DNA from: an uncultured Nitrospira sp.
Lineage (GTDB): Bacteria > Nitrospirota > Nitrospiria > SBBL01 > JAADHI01
Assembly: GCA_964451325.1 (NCBI GenBank)
Contig: CAYVHO010000006.1
Location: forward strand, 49,959-113,958
Reading direction: 5' to 3'
DNA: 64,000 nucleotides
Shown here: positions 16,776 through 26,255 of the stretch, in pieces
Layout of the letters: each line of letters begins with the position of its first letter
Numbering within the stretch: the stretch's first letter is position 1
Program-made: the position numbers and the translations under genes
The notes under the pieces: model-generated
Told to the model about the DNA's origin: nothing
Seen by the model: the letters and a program-made list of their open reading frames with translations, nothing else
Databases searched by the model: none

Positions 16776-17732
16776 ATGAATATTGCGTTTCTTTTCCCCG
16801 GTCAGGGATCACAATCTGTGGGTATGGGGAAAGCCCTATTTGAGCAATTTGAGGCGGCCCGCACCGTTTTTGCCGAGGCTGAAAATGTCTTGGGATGGGA
16901 TGTTGCTGATCTCTGTTTTAATGGGCCTGAACTCAAACTCAATCAGACGGAGTTTACGCAGCCTGCGCTTTTAACGGCCAGCATTGCCGCCTGGCGTGTT
17001 TTAGGCTCCCCCATTTGCTCTGCAACATTTGTTGCGGGACACAGCCTGGGAGAATTTACGGCCTTGGTTGCTGCAGGCGCACTTTCTTTTACGGATGCGG
17101 TGCGTCTCGTACACCTTCGTGGGCGGTTTATGCAGGAAGCTTCTCCCGAAGGTGAGGGTGCGATGGCCGCCATCATTGGAATGAAGCGGGACGCGGTTGA
17201 GGCCATTTGTGTGCAAATTTCGAAGGATTCAGCACCCGTTTCCCCGGCAAATTACAACGGTCCCAGCCAGATTGTGCTTTCGGGGGAAACAAATGCGGTC
17301 AAACGCGCCATGGTTTTGGCGAAGGAACAAGGGGCAAAACTTGCGATTCAGCTTGCCGTGAGTGTTCCCTCTCATTCCCCTTTGATGCGTGAAGCGTGTT
17401 TGCGTCTCTCAGACGAATTAGACAAAATTTCGGGTTTAGATCTCCAGAGACCTCTTGTTAATAATTTAGCGGCAAAAGTCACAAAGACCTGGAAGGACGC
17501 CAAGGTAGGATTAGTCGACCAGTTATCTTCTCCCTTGCTTTGGCATGAGACGATGACCCGGATGCAGGATGCCGGGGTGGATCAATTTATCGAGGTCGGC
17601 CCTGGACGTGTGCTCTGTGGGCTTTTAAAGCGTATTGATCGCCGCGCAAAGGTGGTGCCCGTGGAAGACCCCGAAGGGATCGAAAAAACTTTGTCGCTTT
17701 TAAAGCAAAAAGGTGGAATCTGTTCGAATTAA
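16776..17732 (+). CDS. fabD: Malonyl-CoA:ACP transacylase
   Basis: FPGQGSQ and GHSLGE motifs. Confidence 0.95.
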   Translation: MNIAFLFPGQGSQSVGMGKALFEQFEAARTVFAEAENVLGWDVADLCFNGPELKLNQTEFTQPALLTASIAAWRVLGSPICSATFVAGHSLGEFTALVAAGALSFTDAVRLVHLRGRFMQEASPEGEGAMAAIIGMKRDAVEAICVQISKDSAPVSPANYNGPSQIVLSGETNAVKRAMVLAKEQGAKLAIQLAVSVPSHSPLMREACLRLSDELDKISGLDLQRPLVNNLAAKVTKTWKDAKVGLVDQLSSPLLWHETMTRMQDAGVDQFIEVGPGRVLCGLLKRIDRRAKVVPVEDPEGIEKTLSLLKQKGGICSN

Positions 17733-17738
17733 GGGAGG

Positions 17739-18494
17739 ATGAATTCATTGGAAATGAAAGCTAAAATAGCGCTGGTGACCGGAGGAGGTCAGGGCATCGG
17801 TAAAGCGATTTGTGAGGCCCTTGCGGCATTTGGTGGGACTGTGATAGTCTCCGATTTAAATCTTTCTCGTGCTGAAAAGACGGCTTCTGAATTGACCGAT
17901 AAAGGATATGAGGCCACCGCTGTAGAAGTGAATGTCGCGGATGCGGATTCGGTCAAACAGATGGCGACCGATGTTCGTTCTCAGTATGGAAAGCTCGATA
18001 TCCTTGTGAATAACGCGGGCATCACAAGAGACACCCTGCTCATGCGGATGAAGGATGCGGATTGGGACGCGGTGCTTTCTGTGAATCTGAAAGGGGTTTT
18101 TCACTGTATGAAAGCGGTGCTGCCGATGATGTCGAAGCAGCGTTATGGGCGGATCATCAATATTTCATCCATCGTGGGTGTCATTGGTAATGCAGGGCAG
18201 GCCAATTACGCCGCCTCGAAGGCTGCTGTGATCGGGTTGTCAAAAACAGTGGCGAGGGAATATGCGGCGCGGGGCATTACGGTCAACGTTGTTGCACCGG
18301 GTTTTATTGAGACGGCAATGACTGCTGAATTGCCTGAAGTCATTAAAACAGATTTGAAAAAACAAATCCCACAGGGGAAATTGGGACAGCCTTCCGATAT
18401 TGCGGATGCTGTTCGTTTTTTTGCCTCAGACCAAGCTGCTTATGTGACCGGACAGGTCTTGCATGTAAATGGGGGCATGTATATGGGGGGATGA
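17739..18494 (+). CDS. fabG: 3-oxoacyl-ACP reductase
   Basis: [19 protein letters not shown]. Start may be TTG 17748 or ATG 17754. Confidence 0.95.
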   Translation: MNSLEMKAKIALVTGGGQGIGKAICEALAAFGGTVIVSDLNLSRAEKTASELTDKGYEATAVEVNVADADSVKQMATDVRSQYGKLDILVNNAGITRDTLLMRMKDADWDAVLSVNLKGVFHCMKAVLPMMSKQRYGRIINISSIVGVIGNAGQANYAASKAAVIGLSKTVAREYAARGITVNVVAPGFIETAMTAELPEVIKTDLKKQIPQGKLGQPSDIADAVRFFASDQAAYVTGQVLHVNGGMYMGG

Positions 18495-18580
18495 GCCCCC
18501 CTCGTTTTTAAGCGGGAGATTTCCTATATTTGGGAGGCTCCCTATTTCAATAAGCACTTTAACTTAGGAGGAACAGTCCA

Positions 18581-18811
18581 TTGGCGATAGAAGAGCAGGT
18601 CAAAAAAATTATTTCTGAGCAATTGGGTGTTGAAGCGAAAGAAGTGGTCTCCGGTGCATCTTTTGTAGAAGATTTGGGTGCGGATTCTTTGGATACCGTT
18701 GAGCTTGTAATGGCATTTGAAGAAGCGTTTAACATTGAGATTCAGGATGAAGATGCTGAAAAAATTCTCACGGTGCAAAGTGCCATTGATTACATTCAGG
18801 ACAAAGTTTAA
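18581..18811 (+). CDS. acpP: Acyl carrier protein
   Basis: [12 protein letters not shown] phosphopantetheine site. TTG start 8 nt after AGGAGGA. Confidence 0.97.
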   Translation: MAIEEQVKKIISEQLGVEAKEVVSGASFVEDLGADSLDTVELVMAFEEAFNIEIQDEDAEKILTVQSAIDYIQDKV

Positions 18812-18816
18812 ACCCG

Positions 18817-20091
18817 ATGAATTATTATAAAGACGAAGCCCCGTCGACCCTTCGCAGAAGACGTGTTGTTGTGACGGGATTGGGCATGGTTTCTCCGCTG
18901 GGGCTTTCTGTCAAAAGTTCCTGGAAAGCACTCTTAGCAGGAGAGTCCGGAATCAATAGAATCACGCACTTTGATGTGAAGGATTATCCCTGTCAAATTG
19001 CGGGAGAGCTTAAGGGTTTCAAGCCCGCTGATTTCATCAGTGCCAAAGAAGTCAAAAAAATGGATACTTTTATTCATTTTGCAGTTGCTGCTGCCCGTAT
19101 GGCGGTGGAGGATGCCAAGTTTGAAGTGTCTCCAGAAAATGCGGAGCGTTTTGGAACCTATGTGGGTTCTGGTATCGGGGGTTTGCAGGCCATTGAAAAA
19201 TGGCATACGACCTTGTTGGAAAAGGGGCCGAAACGTGTGACGCCTTTTTTTATTCCCATGACGATTATTAATTTAGCCTCAGGTCAAATTGCGATTGCAT
19301 TGGGGGCCAAAGGGCCTAATTCTTGTGCTGTGAGTGCTTGTGCGACGGGTAATCATTGCATTGGAGATGCCTTTCGCATCATTCAGCGTGGAGAGGCTGA
19401 CGCGATGTTGGCCGGTGGGGCAGAGGCTGCGATTACGCCATTGGGTATGGCAGGTTTTGCTGCATCTCGTGCACTCTCGCTCAGAAATGACGTGCCAAAA
19501 ATCGCAAGTCGGCCCTTTGACAGAGACCGGGATGGTTTTGTGATGGGGGAGGGTTCCGGTGTTGTCATGCTGGAATCTCTGGAAACGGCAGAAGCACGCG
19601 GTGCTCATATTTATGCTGAAGTGATGGGTTATGGTATGACAGCCGATGCGCATCATATGACTGCACCGCCTGTTGGTGGTGAAGGTGCCGTACGTTGTAT
19701 GAATTTGGCTTTAAATGATGCGGGTATTGCGGTGGAGGCGGTTGAGCACATCAATGCCCATGCGACATCCACAATGGCCGATGCGATTGAGACCGCCGCG
19801 ATTAAAACCGTTTTTGGTGCACATGCTGCAAAACTTGCAATCAGTGGCACAAAATCAATGACAGGGCATTTGCTCGGGGCGGCGGGAGGAATAGAAGCCA
19901 TCTTCTCAATTTTGGCCATTCGAGATCAGGTGGTGCCCCCGACCATTAACCTGGATCAGGCTGATCCCTTGTGTGATCTGAACTACACGCCTTTGAAGTC
20001 AGCCAAACAAAATATTTCTACCGTGCTCTCCAATTCCTTTGGTTTTGGTGGCACGAATGCAGCACTTTGCTTTCAAAAATTTACGGCTTAA
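18817..20091 (+). CDS. fabF: 3-oxoacyl-ACP synthase II
   Basis: AVSACATG, NAHATST, TGHLLGAAG (Cys-His-His triad contexts). Confidence 0.95.
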   Translation: MNYYKDEAPSTLRRRRVVVTGLGMVSPLGLSVKSSWKALLAGESGINRITHFDVKDYPCQIAGELKGFKPADFISAKEVKKMDTFIHFAVAAARMAVEDAKFEVSPENAERFGTYVGSGIGGLQAIEKWHTTLLEKGPKRVTPFFIPMTIINLASGQIAIALGAKGPNSCAVSACATGNHCIGDAFRIIQRGEADAMLAGGAEAAITPLGMAGFAASRALSLRNDVPKIASRPFDRDRDGFVMGEGSGVVMLESLETAEARGAHIYAEVMGYGMTADAHHMTAPPVGGEGAVRCMNLALNDAGIAVEAVEHINAHATSTMADAIETAAIKTVFGAHAAKLAISGTKSMTGHLLGAAGGIEAIFSILAIRDQVVPPTINLDQADPLCDLNYTPLKSAKQNISTVLSNSFGFGGTNAALCFQKFTA

Positions 20092-20112
20092 TTTCATTCC
20101 CTTTTATATTTT

Positions 20113-20826
20113 ATGAAACCCAAATCGCTTTCATTCCTCGAAACAGTACTTTCTTATGTTTTCCGTAATCCTGAGTTGTTACAACAAGCCCTGACGCATA
20201 AATCTTATGTGAACGAAACAAAAGAAAACAATCGAAAAGACAATGAGCGTTTTGAGTTTCTAGGGGATGCTGTGCTCGACTTGGTCATGTGTCAGGAACT
20301 TGTTGAACGTTTTCCGGCCTTGCCTGAAGGGGATCTTTCCAAAATGAAGGCCAAAATGGTGAGCGAGACGGTCTTGGCTGGGATTGCGAAAAAGATTGAC
20401 CTGGGAGCCTATCTTTTTTTAGGTAAGGGAGAGATTCAGAGTGAGGGACAAGAAAAACCCTCCTTGCTTTCCGATGCCTTGGAAGCTTTGATTGCTGCAA
20501 TCTATCTGGATGCGGGTTCTCACAATGGTTTGGGTGAAGCACGTCGCGTTATTTTAGCCTTGTTTTTTGAGCTGATACAGACCTTGGAATCAGGTGAATT
20601 GATCTTTGATCATAAGACCACCTTGCAAGAATATTCGCAGAAAAACTTTGCGGCCTTGCCTGAGTATCGTTTGATGAATACAAGTGGCCCAGACCATGAA
20701 AAGCAGTTTGAGGTTGGTGTTTTTGTGGATGAGCGTCTGTGCGGGATTGGCATTGGAAAAAGCAAAAAAATGGCCGAGCAAGAGGCGGCGCAAAAGGCCC
20801 TTTCAGCGCTTCCTAAGCTAAAATAG
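20113..20826 (+). CDS. rnc: Ribonuclease III
   Basis: ERFEFLGDAVLD signature plus C-terminal dsRBD (KKMAEQEAAQKAL). Confidence 0.95.
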   Translation: MKPKSLSFLETVLSYVFRNPELLQQALTHKSYVNETKENNRKDNERFEFLGDAVLDLVMCQELVERFPALPEGDLSKMKAKMVSETVLAGIAKKIDLGAYLFLGKGEIQSEGQEKPSLLSDALEALIAAIYLDAGSHNGLGEARRVILALFFELIQTLESGELIFDHKTTLQEYSQKNFAALPEYRLMNTSGPDHEKQFEVGVFVDERLCGIGIGKSKKMAEQEAAQKALSALPKLK

Positions 20827-20829
20827 TCT

Positions 20830-21330
20830 CTATTTTTTGAGGGGAGAGGATACGCCCCCCCCTTTTTTCTCTTGACCGGAATCATCCAGCAGGTTTTTTA
20901 ACTCAGACATAAACTGATTCACATCCTTAAATTCTCGATAGACTGACGCAAAGCGCACATAGGCCACCTGGTCAAGCATGTGCAGTTGCCGCATGACCTC
21001 TTCGCCGACGATCCGACTTTCGACCTCATTTACCCCGCGTTCCTGAATTGCTTTTTCGATCCGAGTGACGACGGATTCCAATTGGTCGATGCTGACCGGA
21101 CGTTTTTCACAGGCCTTGGTGAGCCCTGAAAAAATTTTTTGACGATCAAAGGGCTCTCGTCTGCCATCTTTTTTGACCAGCATCGGCAGGTTTTCTTCGA
21201 TACGCTCATAGGTGGTGAAGCGCCGTTGACATTTTAGGCATTCTCGTCGGCGGCGAATGGTTTCGCCTTCTTTGCTGAGACGGGAATCGACAACCTTGTC
21301 TTCAAAACTGCTGCAAAAGGGGCAATGCAC
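20830..21330 (-). CDS. nrdR: Transcriptional repressor NrdR
   Basis: MHCPFCS..CLKC zinc ribbon followed by an ATP-cone. Confidence 0.95.
   Translation of the reverse strand: MHCPFCSSFEDKVVDSRLSKEGETIRRRRECLKCQRRFTTYERIEENLPMLVKKDGRREPFDRQKIFSGLTKACEKRPVSIDQLESVVTRIEKAIQERGVNEVESRIVGEEVMRQLHMLDQVAYVRFASVYREFKDVNQFMSELKNLLDDSGQEKKGGGVSSPLKK
20841..20868 (+). terminator. G/C hairpin plus T-run after rnc, embedded in the nrdR 3' coding end
   Basis: GGGG..CCCCCCCC followed by TTTTTT. The rnc stop and the nrdR stop are only 3 nt apart. Confidence 0.35.
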
Positions 21331-21340
21331 GGTGATGTTC

Positions 21341-22585
21341 CTATCGTGTAAAAGGGAAGCGTTTACAGAGGGCTTCTGCCTGGGTCTGAACCTGCTTCAG
21401 TGTCTCCGAGTTTTCTCTATTTTTTAAAACCGTATCGATCAATGTCGCGATTTCAGCCATCTCGTCTTCTTTCATGCCACGGGTCGTGACAATGGGCGTA
21501 CCGAGGCGAATTCCGCTCGCATGTACGGGGGGGCGTTGATCGAAGGGTACGGCATTTTTATTGACGGTAATGCCCGCTGTATCCAAAGCCTCGTCCGCTT
21601 CTTTTCCTGTGATGCCCTGTTCGGTGAGATCGACCAGCATTAAATGGGTATCTGTCCCGCCGGAAACAATTTGATAGCCTTTAGAGATGAGTGCATTTGC
21701 CAGTGTTGCCGCATTTTTTACGATTTGTTGTTGATAGCGGATAAAATCCTCGGAAAGCGCTTCTTTAAATGCCACAGCCTTTGCGGCGATGACGTGCATC
21801 AAAGGACCCCCTTGGATCCCCGGAAAAACCGATTTATCGACCCCCTTTGCAAACTGTTCTTTACAGAGAATCATGCCGCCACGCGGGCCACGCAGGGTTT
21901 TGTGTGTCGTGCTTGTCACAAAATCGGCATAGGGAAGGGGAGAAGGGTGTACTTTTGCGGCGACCAAGCCTGCAATATGGGCCATGTCGACCATCAAATA
22001 GGCGCCGACGCTGTCAGCAATTTCTCTAAATTTTTTAAAATCGAGTGTGCGCGAATAGGCGGAGGCTCCAACCACAATCATTTTGGGTTGTTCTGCTTCG
22101 GCCTGTTTTGCGGCATCATCGTAATTGATACGGCCTGTTTCTTTTTCTACACCATAGGATGTTGTTTCGTAGAGTTTTCCCGAAAAATTAACTTTAAAGC
22201 CATGGGTGAGGTGTCCCCCGTGTGCGAGACTCATGCCCATAATTTTGTCACCGGGTTTGAGTACAGAAAAATAAACGCCCATGTTCGCCTGCGATCCGGA
22301 GTGAGGCTGCACGTTTACATGTTCTGCTCCAAAAATTTCTTTCGCACGCTCAATGGCAAGCGTTTCAATCACATCCACATATTCGCAGCCACCGTAGTAG
22401 CGTTTTCCCGGATAACCTTCAGCATATTTGTTGGTCAACAATGAACCTTGCGCTTCCTGCACCGCTTGGCTGACGACATTTTCTGAGGCGATGAGGACAA
22501 TCTTTTTGTCTTCACGTTCGGTTTCTTGTGTGATGGCGGTTTCAACAGCCGGATCAAATGTTTTTAAGGGGATGCCTTTTTCCAC
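21341..22585 (-). CDS. glyA: Serine hydroxymethyltransferase
   Basis: 414 aa. [15 protein letters not shown]-lysine motif. Confidence 0.97.
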   Translation of the reverse strand: MEKGIPLKTFDPAVETAITQETEREDKKIVLIASENVVSQAVQEAQGSLLTNKYAEGYPGKRYYGGCEYVDVIETLAIERAKEIFGAEHVNVQPHSGSQANMGVYFSVLKPGDKIMGMSLAHGGHLTHGFKVNFSGKLYETTSYGVEKETGRINYDDAAKQAEAEQPKMIVVGASAYSRTLDFKKFREIADSVGAYLMVDMAHIAGLVAAKVHPSPLPYADFVTSTTHKTLRGPRGGMILCKEQFAKGVDKSVFPGIQGGPLMHVIAAKAVAFKEALSEDFIRYQQQIVKNAATLANALISKGYQIVSGGTDTHLMLVDLTEQGITGKEADEALDTAGITVNKNAVPFDQRPPVHASGIRLGTPIVTTRGMKEDEMAEIATLIDTVLKNRENSETLKQVQTQAEALCKRFPFTR

Positions 22586-22610
22586 GTTGATTTTCCTTCT
22601 TGGAAGTGGG

Positions 22611-23093
22611 TTATGACTTGTTTGATTTTAAAGAAAAGCGCTCACTATTTTTTAGAGATTGTTCAATTTTTTGGAGTTTATCGAGTCGTCTTTGATGACG
22701 TCCCCCCTCAAAAGGTGTTTTGAGCCAGAGGGCGACAATGGACAGGGCGACATCCAGATCCAGTACCCGTGCGCCCAATATAAGAATATTCGCGTCATTG
22801 TGACGTCGGCTGGCGTCTGCCGTTTCCAAATCGTGACAGAGCGCAGCGCGCACACCTGGGAACTTGTTGGCGACGATGGACATGCCAATGCCCGTGCCAC
22901 AAATAAGGATACCGCGTTCATCAAGACCCTCAGAAATCCGCCGTGCGACTTTTAGCGCGTAGTCTGGATAATCGACAGAAGAATCCCCGTCTGTTCCCAG
23001 ATCGGTGGTCTCGATCTGGTTTTCGGAAAGATATTGAAGGACTTGGCTTTTACAGTCGAAGCCTGCGTGATCTGAGGCGAGGGTTATTTTCAT
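22611..23093 (-). CDS. rpiB: Ribose-5-phosphate isomerase B
   Basis: [21 protein letters not shown]. Confidence 0.93.
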   Translation of the reverse strand: MKITLASDHAGFDCKSQVLQYLSENQIETTDLGTDGDSSVDYPDYALKVARRISEGLDERGILICGTGIGMSIVANKFPGVRAALCHDLETADASRRHNDANILILGARVLDLDVALSIVALWLKTPFEGGRHQRRLDKLQKIEQSLKNSERFSLKSNKS

Positions 23094-23110
23094 CTTGTTT
23101 CCTGGTCGCG

Positions 23111-23139
23111 ATGGTAGCGAATCACCTATTTTGTGTCAA
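23111..23139 (-). promoter_or_regulatory. Sigma70 promoter candidate for rpiB-glyA-nrdR
   Basis: Minus strand TTGACA (23139-23134), 17 nt, TACCAT (23116-23111). Confidence 0.5.
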
Positions 23140-23182
23140 GCGAAATTGGGGTATTTGTTTATAAGATCTGAATCAAGCTGTA

Positions 23183-23211
23183 TTGACAAAAAATCCCACT
23201 TCAATTAGAGT
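23183..23211 (+). promoter_or_regulatory. Sigma70 promoter candidate for the chagasin-like gene
   Basis: TTGACA (23183-23188), 17 nt, TAGAGT (23206-23211). The ORF-track TTG start is the -35 hexamer itself. Confidence 0.5.
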
Positions 23212-23242
23212 GTTTTCCAGTCTTTTTTTAGGAGAGCCATTG

Positions 23243-23548
23243 ATGACGACGGGGAAAAGCGAAGCGATTAAAATTACGGCAAAAGCCGGAGAACCTTTTC
23301 AAATCAAGGTTTGGGAAGACCGTACAAAAGGGCATCGTTGGGTGCCGACTTATGACACGGCACTACTCCGGGTGCTTAGCGATGAGTATGAGCGGACGCG
23401 TAATATCCGGGTGACCGATTGTGGGATGCACTATTTTGAGTTTGTGGGCATGAAACCCGGCGCAACATTCATTGATTTTGAGTCCCGTTATGGGTGGAAG
23501 TTTTCAGCCGACAATCATCTCTCTTATGAGGTTATGATCACCGCCTAG
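23243..23548 (+). CDS. Small beta-rich protein, tentatively chagasin-type (I42) peptidase inhibitor
   Basis: 101 aa from ATG 23243 (SD AGGAGAG). WEDRTKGHRW resembles the N-P-T-T-G-Y-x-W loop. G..F.F...KPG...I.F...Y.W pattern. No signal peptide seen. Confidence 0.35.
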   Translation: MTTGKSEAIKITAKAGEPFQIKVWEDRTKGHRWVPTYDTALLRVLSDEYERTRNIRVTDCGMHYFEFVGMKPGATFIDFESRYGWKFSADNHLSYEVMITA

Positions 23549-23565
23549 TCTTTTTGAATTTCAGT

Positions 23566-23640
23566 GGTCCCATCGTCTAGTGGTTAGGACGTTGGCCTCT
23601 CACGCCGAAAACACGGGTTCGATCCCCGTTGGGACTACCA
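23566..23640 (+). tRNA. tRNA-Glu (anticodon CTC), CCA encoded
   Basis: Hand-folded cloverleaf: acceptor GGTCCCA/TGGGACT, anticodon stem TTGGC/GCCGA, loop CTCTCAC, T-arm ACGGG-TTCGATC-CCCGT. Confidence 0.9.
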
Positions 23641-23752
23641 CATTCCACAGTTCTTTTATTAAATTCAATCGGATACAGACAAATAAAGGGCTATTTTTCG
23701 ACTCTGTATGAGTGTCTCCCTGTGCTGGCACGCTGGGGTGTATCGACACAGC

Positions 23753-24301
23753 CTAAAACAGTTCGATATCGTCTGTTTCTTCCTCGCACTCGGCATTCGA
23801 AGTCTTAAGGGCATCTTCCACCGATGCGCCTGCCAAGAGGGCATCAAACATGCGTTTGTCGGATTCCGTTGGATATTTTGAGCGGATATTTTCTTGAAGA
23901 CCTTGCCATTCGGAAGGATTAAAAAGTCGTTTCGAATCCCCCACCAATTCAGACAAAGAAGATAAACTGGTACAGACATGATTGAGGCGTTGGCTCAATT
24001 TGTCATAAAATTGGAAGGCGACGATGGCAGACTGCATTTGAGATGAGATCATTTGGCTATTTTTCAAAATTGTTTTTTTTGCTGAGCTATCAGGCAATGT
24101 TTCACCCGCCCCGTCGATCAAGGATGCACTCTGCGCCATGGTGGTAAAAGAGTCAGTCAATGAACTCACAGAGTCCGTTCCTTCATTCATTGCGCGGTCA
24201 ATTTGTGTGACGGCCAGACTCAGCATCATGACGGTTTCCTGGACTTGACTCCAATCCAGATCGGGGGTCGTCGTCGTTGATTTTAGTGGATTATCGTGCA
24301 T
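23753..24301 (-). CDS. Hypothetical acidic protein with a CheZ-like F-x-D-x3-Q motif and acidic C-terminal peptide
   Basis: 182 aa. AFQFYDKLSQRLNHV. C-terminus EEETDDIELF. No family recognised with confidence. Confidence 0.6.
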   Translation of the reverse strand: MHDNPLKSTTTTPDLDWSQVQETVMMLSLAVTQIDRAMNEGTDSVSSLTDSFTTMAQSASLIDGAGETLPDSSAKKTILKNSQMISSQMQSAIVAFQFYDKLSQRLNHVCTSLSSLSELVGDSKRLFNPSEWQGLQENIRSKYPTESDKRMFDALLAGASVEDALKTSNAECEEETDDIELF

Positions 24302-24399
24302 CGTTTTCCTGATTTTTTATTGAGATATTGGGAATAAAGTGATGTATGTAAAGATAGCACGAAAGGCTTTGATCGGCCAGTAAAGAAAGGGGGGAGAAA

Positions 24400-26085
24400 C
24401 TATGATTGGGCTAGATTTTCCTTTCGTAATTTTTTCAGAATAAGAAAGGCTTCCACAATCATCCATATTTCCAAAATGAGAATGGCTGTGCCAATCAAGA
24501 TGGTCAGCCAGTTGGCGGAGGCATTTGTTGTGTTGAGCGCTGAGATCCAGGTGAGGATGTTGTAGATCATTGCCCCTGTGGTGATGGTGATGAGAAAAAC
24601 CATCGGAATTGCGATATGCAGCAGTGGTCTTTTGTTGCGATAAAGGTAGACAAAAAGCACGAGCAGGGTCATACCGCCAATGAGTTGATTGGTTGTGCCA
24701 AATAAGAGCCAGAGTGGGAGCCAGACTTTAGGCCCCGCCATGACAAGTGGAATGGCAGGGCCCACAGCGATGAGGGTTGCGATGTAGCGATTTTTAAGGA
24801 TTGGGATCTTGAGGGCTTCTCCCAGCTCGGAAACCACGAGGCGCTGGATGCGTGCGCCCGTATCCATAGAGGTTGTGGCAAAAGAAATGGCGAGGATGGC
24901 GACAAGGGCTTGTGCCCAAGGTCTTGGAAGCAGCAGTGCTTCTAAAAAATGCCCCGCCCCTGCGACAAAGTTTGCAATGGCGTTGATGCCGGAAGCGTTC
25001 CAGACCTCGTATTCAGAACCCCAAGAGGGTAAACCCGCAGCGACAGCCAAGGTTGCGATCAAAGCCAAGACCCCTTCGCCTAACATGCCCCCATATCCTA
25101 TAAATCGTGCATCTCCCATTTTATTGAGTTGTTTCGAGGTTGTGCCACTTGCGACGAGTCCGTGAAAACCAGAAATGGCACCGCAGGCGATGGTCACAAA
25201 AATAATCGGAAACAGGGGAGGTGCGCCCTTAGGGTTTAGATTGAGTATCGGTGCGTTCATTTCTGGATTGAGTATAAAGAGGCCGAGAAACAAGGCGATG
25301 AGTCCGACAATCAATTGATGTGAGTTGATATAGTCGCGCGGTTGCAAAAGTAGCCACACTGGCATGAGGCTTGCGATTGCAGCATAAATCAAAAGAAGAA
25401 CAGCCCAGACAATAACAGGGTTTCCGTTTTCGCCGATGAGTGGCGTCAGGGAGATGGGGAAGGCGACGCCGACTGCGACCATGGCGTAAAGGGAGAGCAG
25501 TGCAAGCACGGAAGGAATAAAGATTCCGCCTTTCTTGTTTTTGAATGTGATGCCAATGAGGATTGCGATAATGATTTCAAAATTAACCGGGATGACGGAA
25601 GCAGGGTAGCGGTCAAATAGAATGCCGATGGCAAAGGCAAAGACGGCTAAGACGACCCAGACCAGAAAATAGACGACGATTTGGAAGAGGATGTGTACGC
25701 GGGGGTTGATGACGCTACTTGCGAGTCCTCCGATGGTTTGTCCGTCCTTTCGCGCAGAAAGGACGAGCGCACCAAAATCGTGTACGGCACCAATGAAAAT
25801 CGTGCCAAAGACAATCCAAAACAAAGCGGGACCCCATCCCCAGATGACCGCAACTGTGGGGCCGATGATGGGCGCAGCACCCGCAATAGAGGTATAGTGA
25901 TGCCCCCAAAGAATGTGCCGATCTGTCGGGATGTAGTCGTAGTCGTCTCTGAGTTTCGGATTATGTGCGGGGAGTGCTTCGCTGTCGGATAGACCGAAGA
26001 CCTTCTTGCTGATGATGCGGGAGTAGCCTCGGTAGCCCAGAAAATAGAAGAGCAGGAGTACGGTGATTGCGATAAAAACAGGCAT
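24400..26085 (-). CDS. cstA: Carbon starvation protein A (CstA-family peptide/pyruvate transporter)
   Basis: 561 aa polytopic. HILWGHHYTSIAGAAPIIGP..GAVHDF typical CstA N-terminus. Confidence 0.93.
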   Translation of the reverse strand: MPVFIAITVLLLFYFLGYRGYSRIISKKVFGLSDSEALPAHNPKLRDDYDYIPTDRHILWGHHYTSIAGAAPIIGPTVAVIWGWGPALFWIVFGTIFIGAVHDFGALVLSARKDGQTIGGLASSVINPRVHILFQIVVYFLVWVVLAVFAFAIGILFDRYPASVIPVNFEIIIAILIGITFKNKKGGIFIPSVLALLSLYAMVAVGVAFPISLTPLIGENGNPVIVWAVLLLIYAAIASLMPVWLLLQPRDYINSHQLIVGLIALFLGLFILNPEMNAPILNLNPKGAPPLFPIIFVTIACGAISGFHGLVASGTTSKQLNKMGDARFIGYGGMLGEGVLALIATLAVAAGLPSWGSEYEVWNASGINAIANFVAGAGHFLEALLLPRPWAQALVAILAISFATTSMDTGARIQRLVVSELGEALKIPILKNRYIATLIAVGPAIPLVMAGPKVWLPLWLLFGTTNQLIGGMTLLVLFVYLYRNKRPLLHIAIPMVFLITITTGAMIYNILTWISALNTTNASANWLTILIGTAILILEIWMIVEAFLILKKLRKENLAQS

Positions 26086-26199
26086 AATTTCTCAAGCGGA
26101 ATCCGTTAATAGAGGACGACATTTTTCCACAGAATATTGATGCTGTCAATACCAGAGTGCTTCCGTATCTTGGGGTGTTATTGTTGCTGAAGCGACATT

Positions 26200-26228
26200 T
26201 TGACATTGCCCGAATCCTATAATATAGT
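26200..26228 (+). promoter_or_regulatory. Sigma70 promoter candidate for the HEAT / HD-GYP pair
   Basis: TTGACA (26200-26205), 17 nt, TATAGT (26223-26228). Confidence 0.55.
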
Positions 26229-26255
26229 TGCATTTTTAATTGAGGTTGTTGTGGG

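Noticed and set aside
21644-22444. Long ORFs antisense to highly expressed genes: 266 aa opposite glyA; 165 aa opposite each tuf (32420-32917, 48540-49037); 184 aa opposite rplD; 163 aa opposite rplB; 145 aa opposite rpsE; 167 aa and 136 aa opposite rpoC/rpoB.
   Set aside because: They lie wholly inside well-supported conserved genes on the other strand. They have low-complexity or Ser/Arg/Cys-rich composition, no SD, and no recognisable family. These are typical shadow ORFs.
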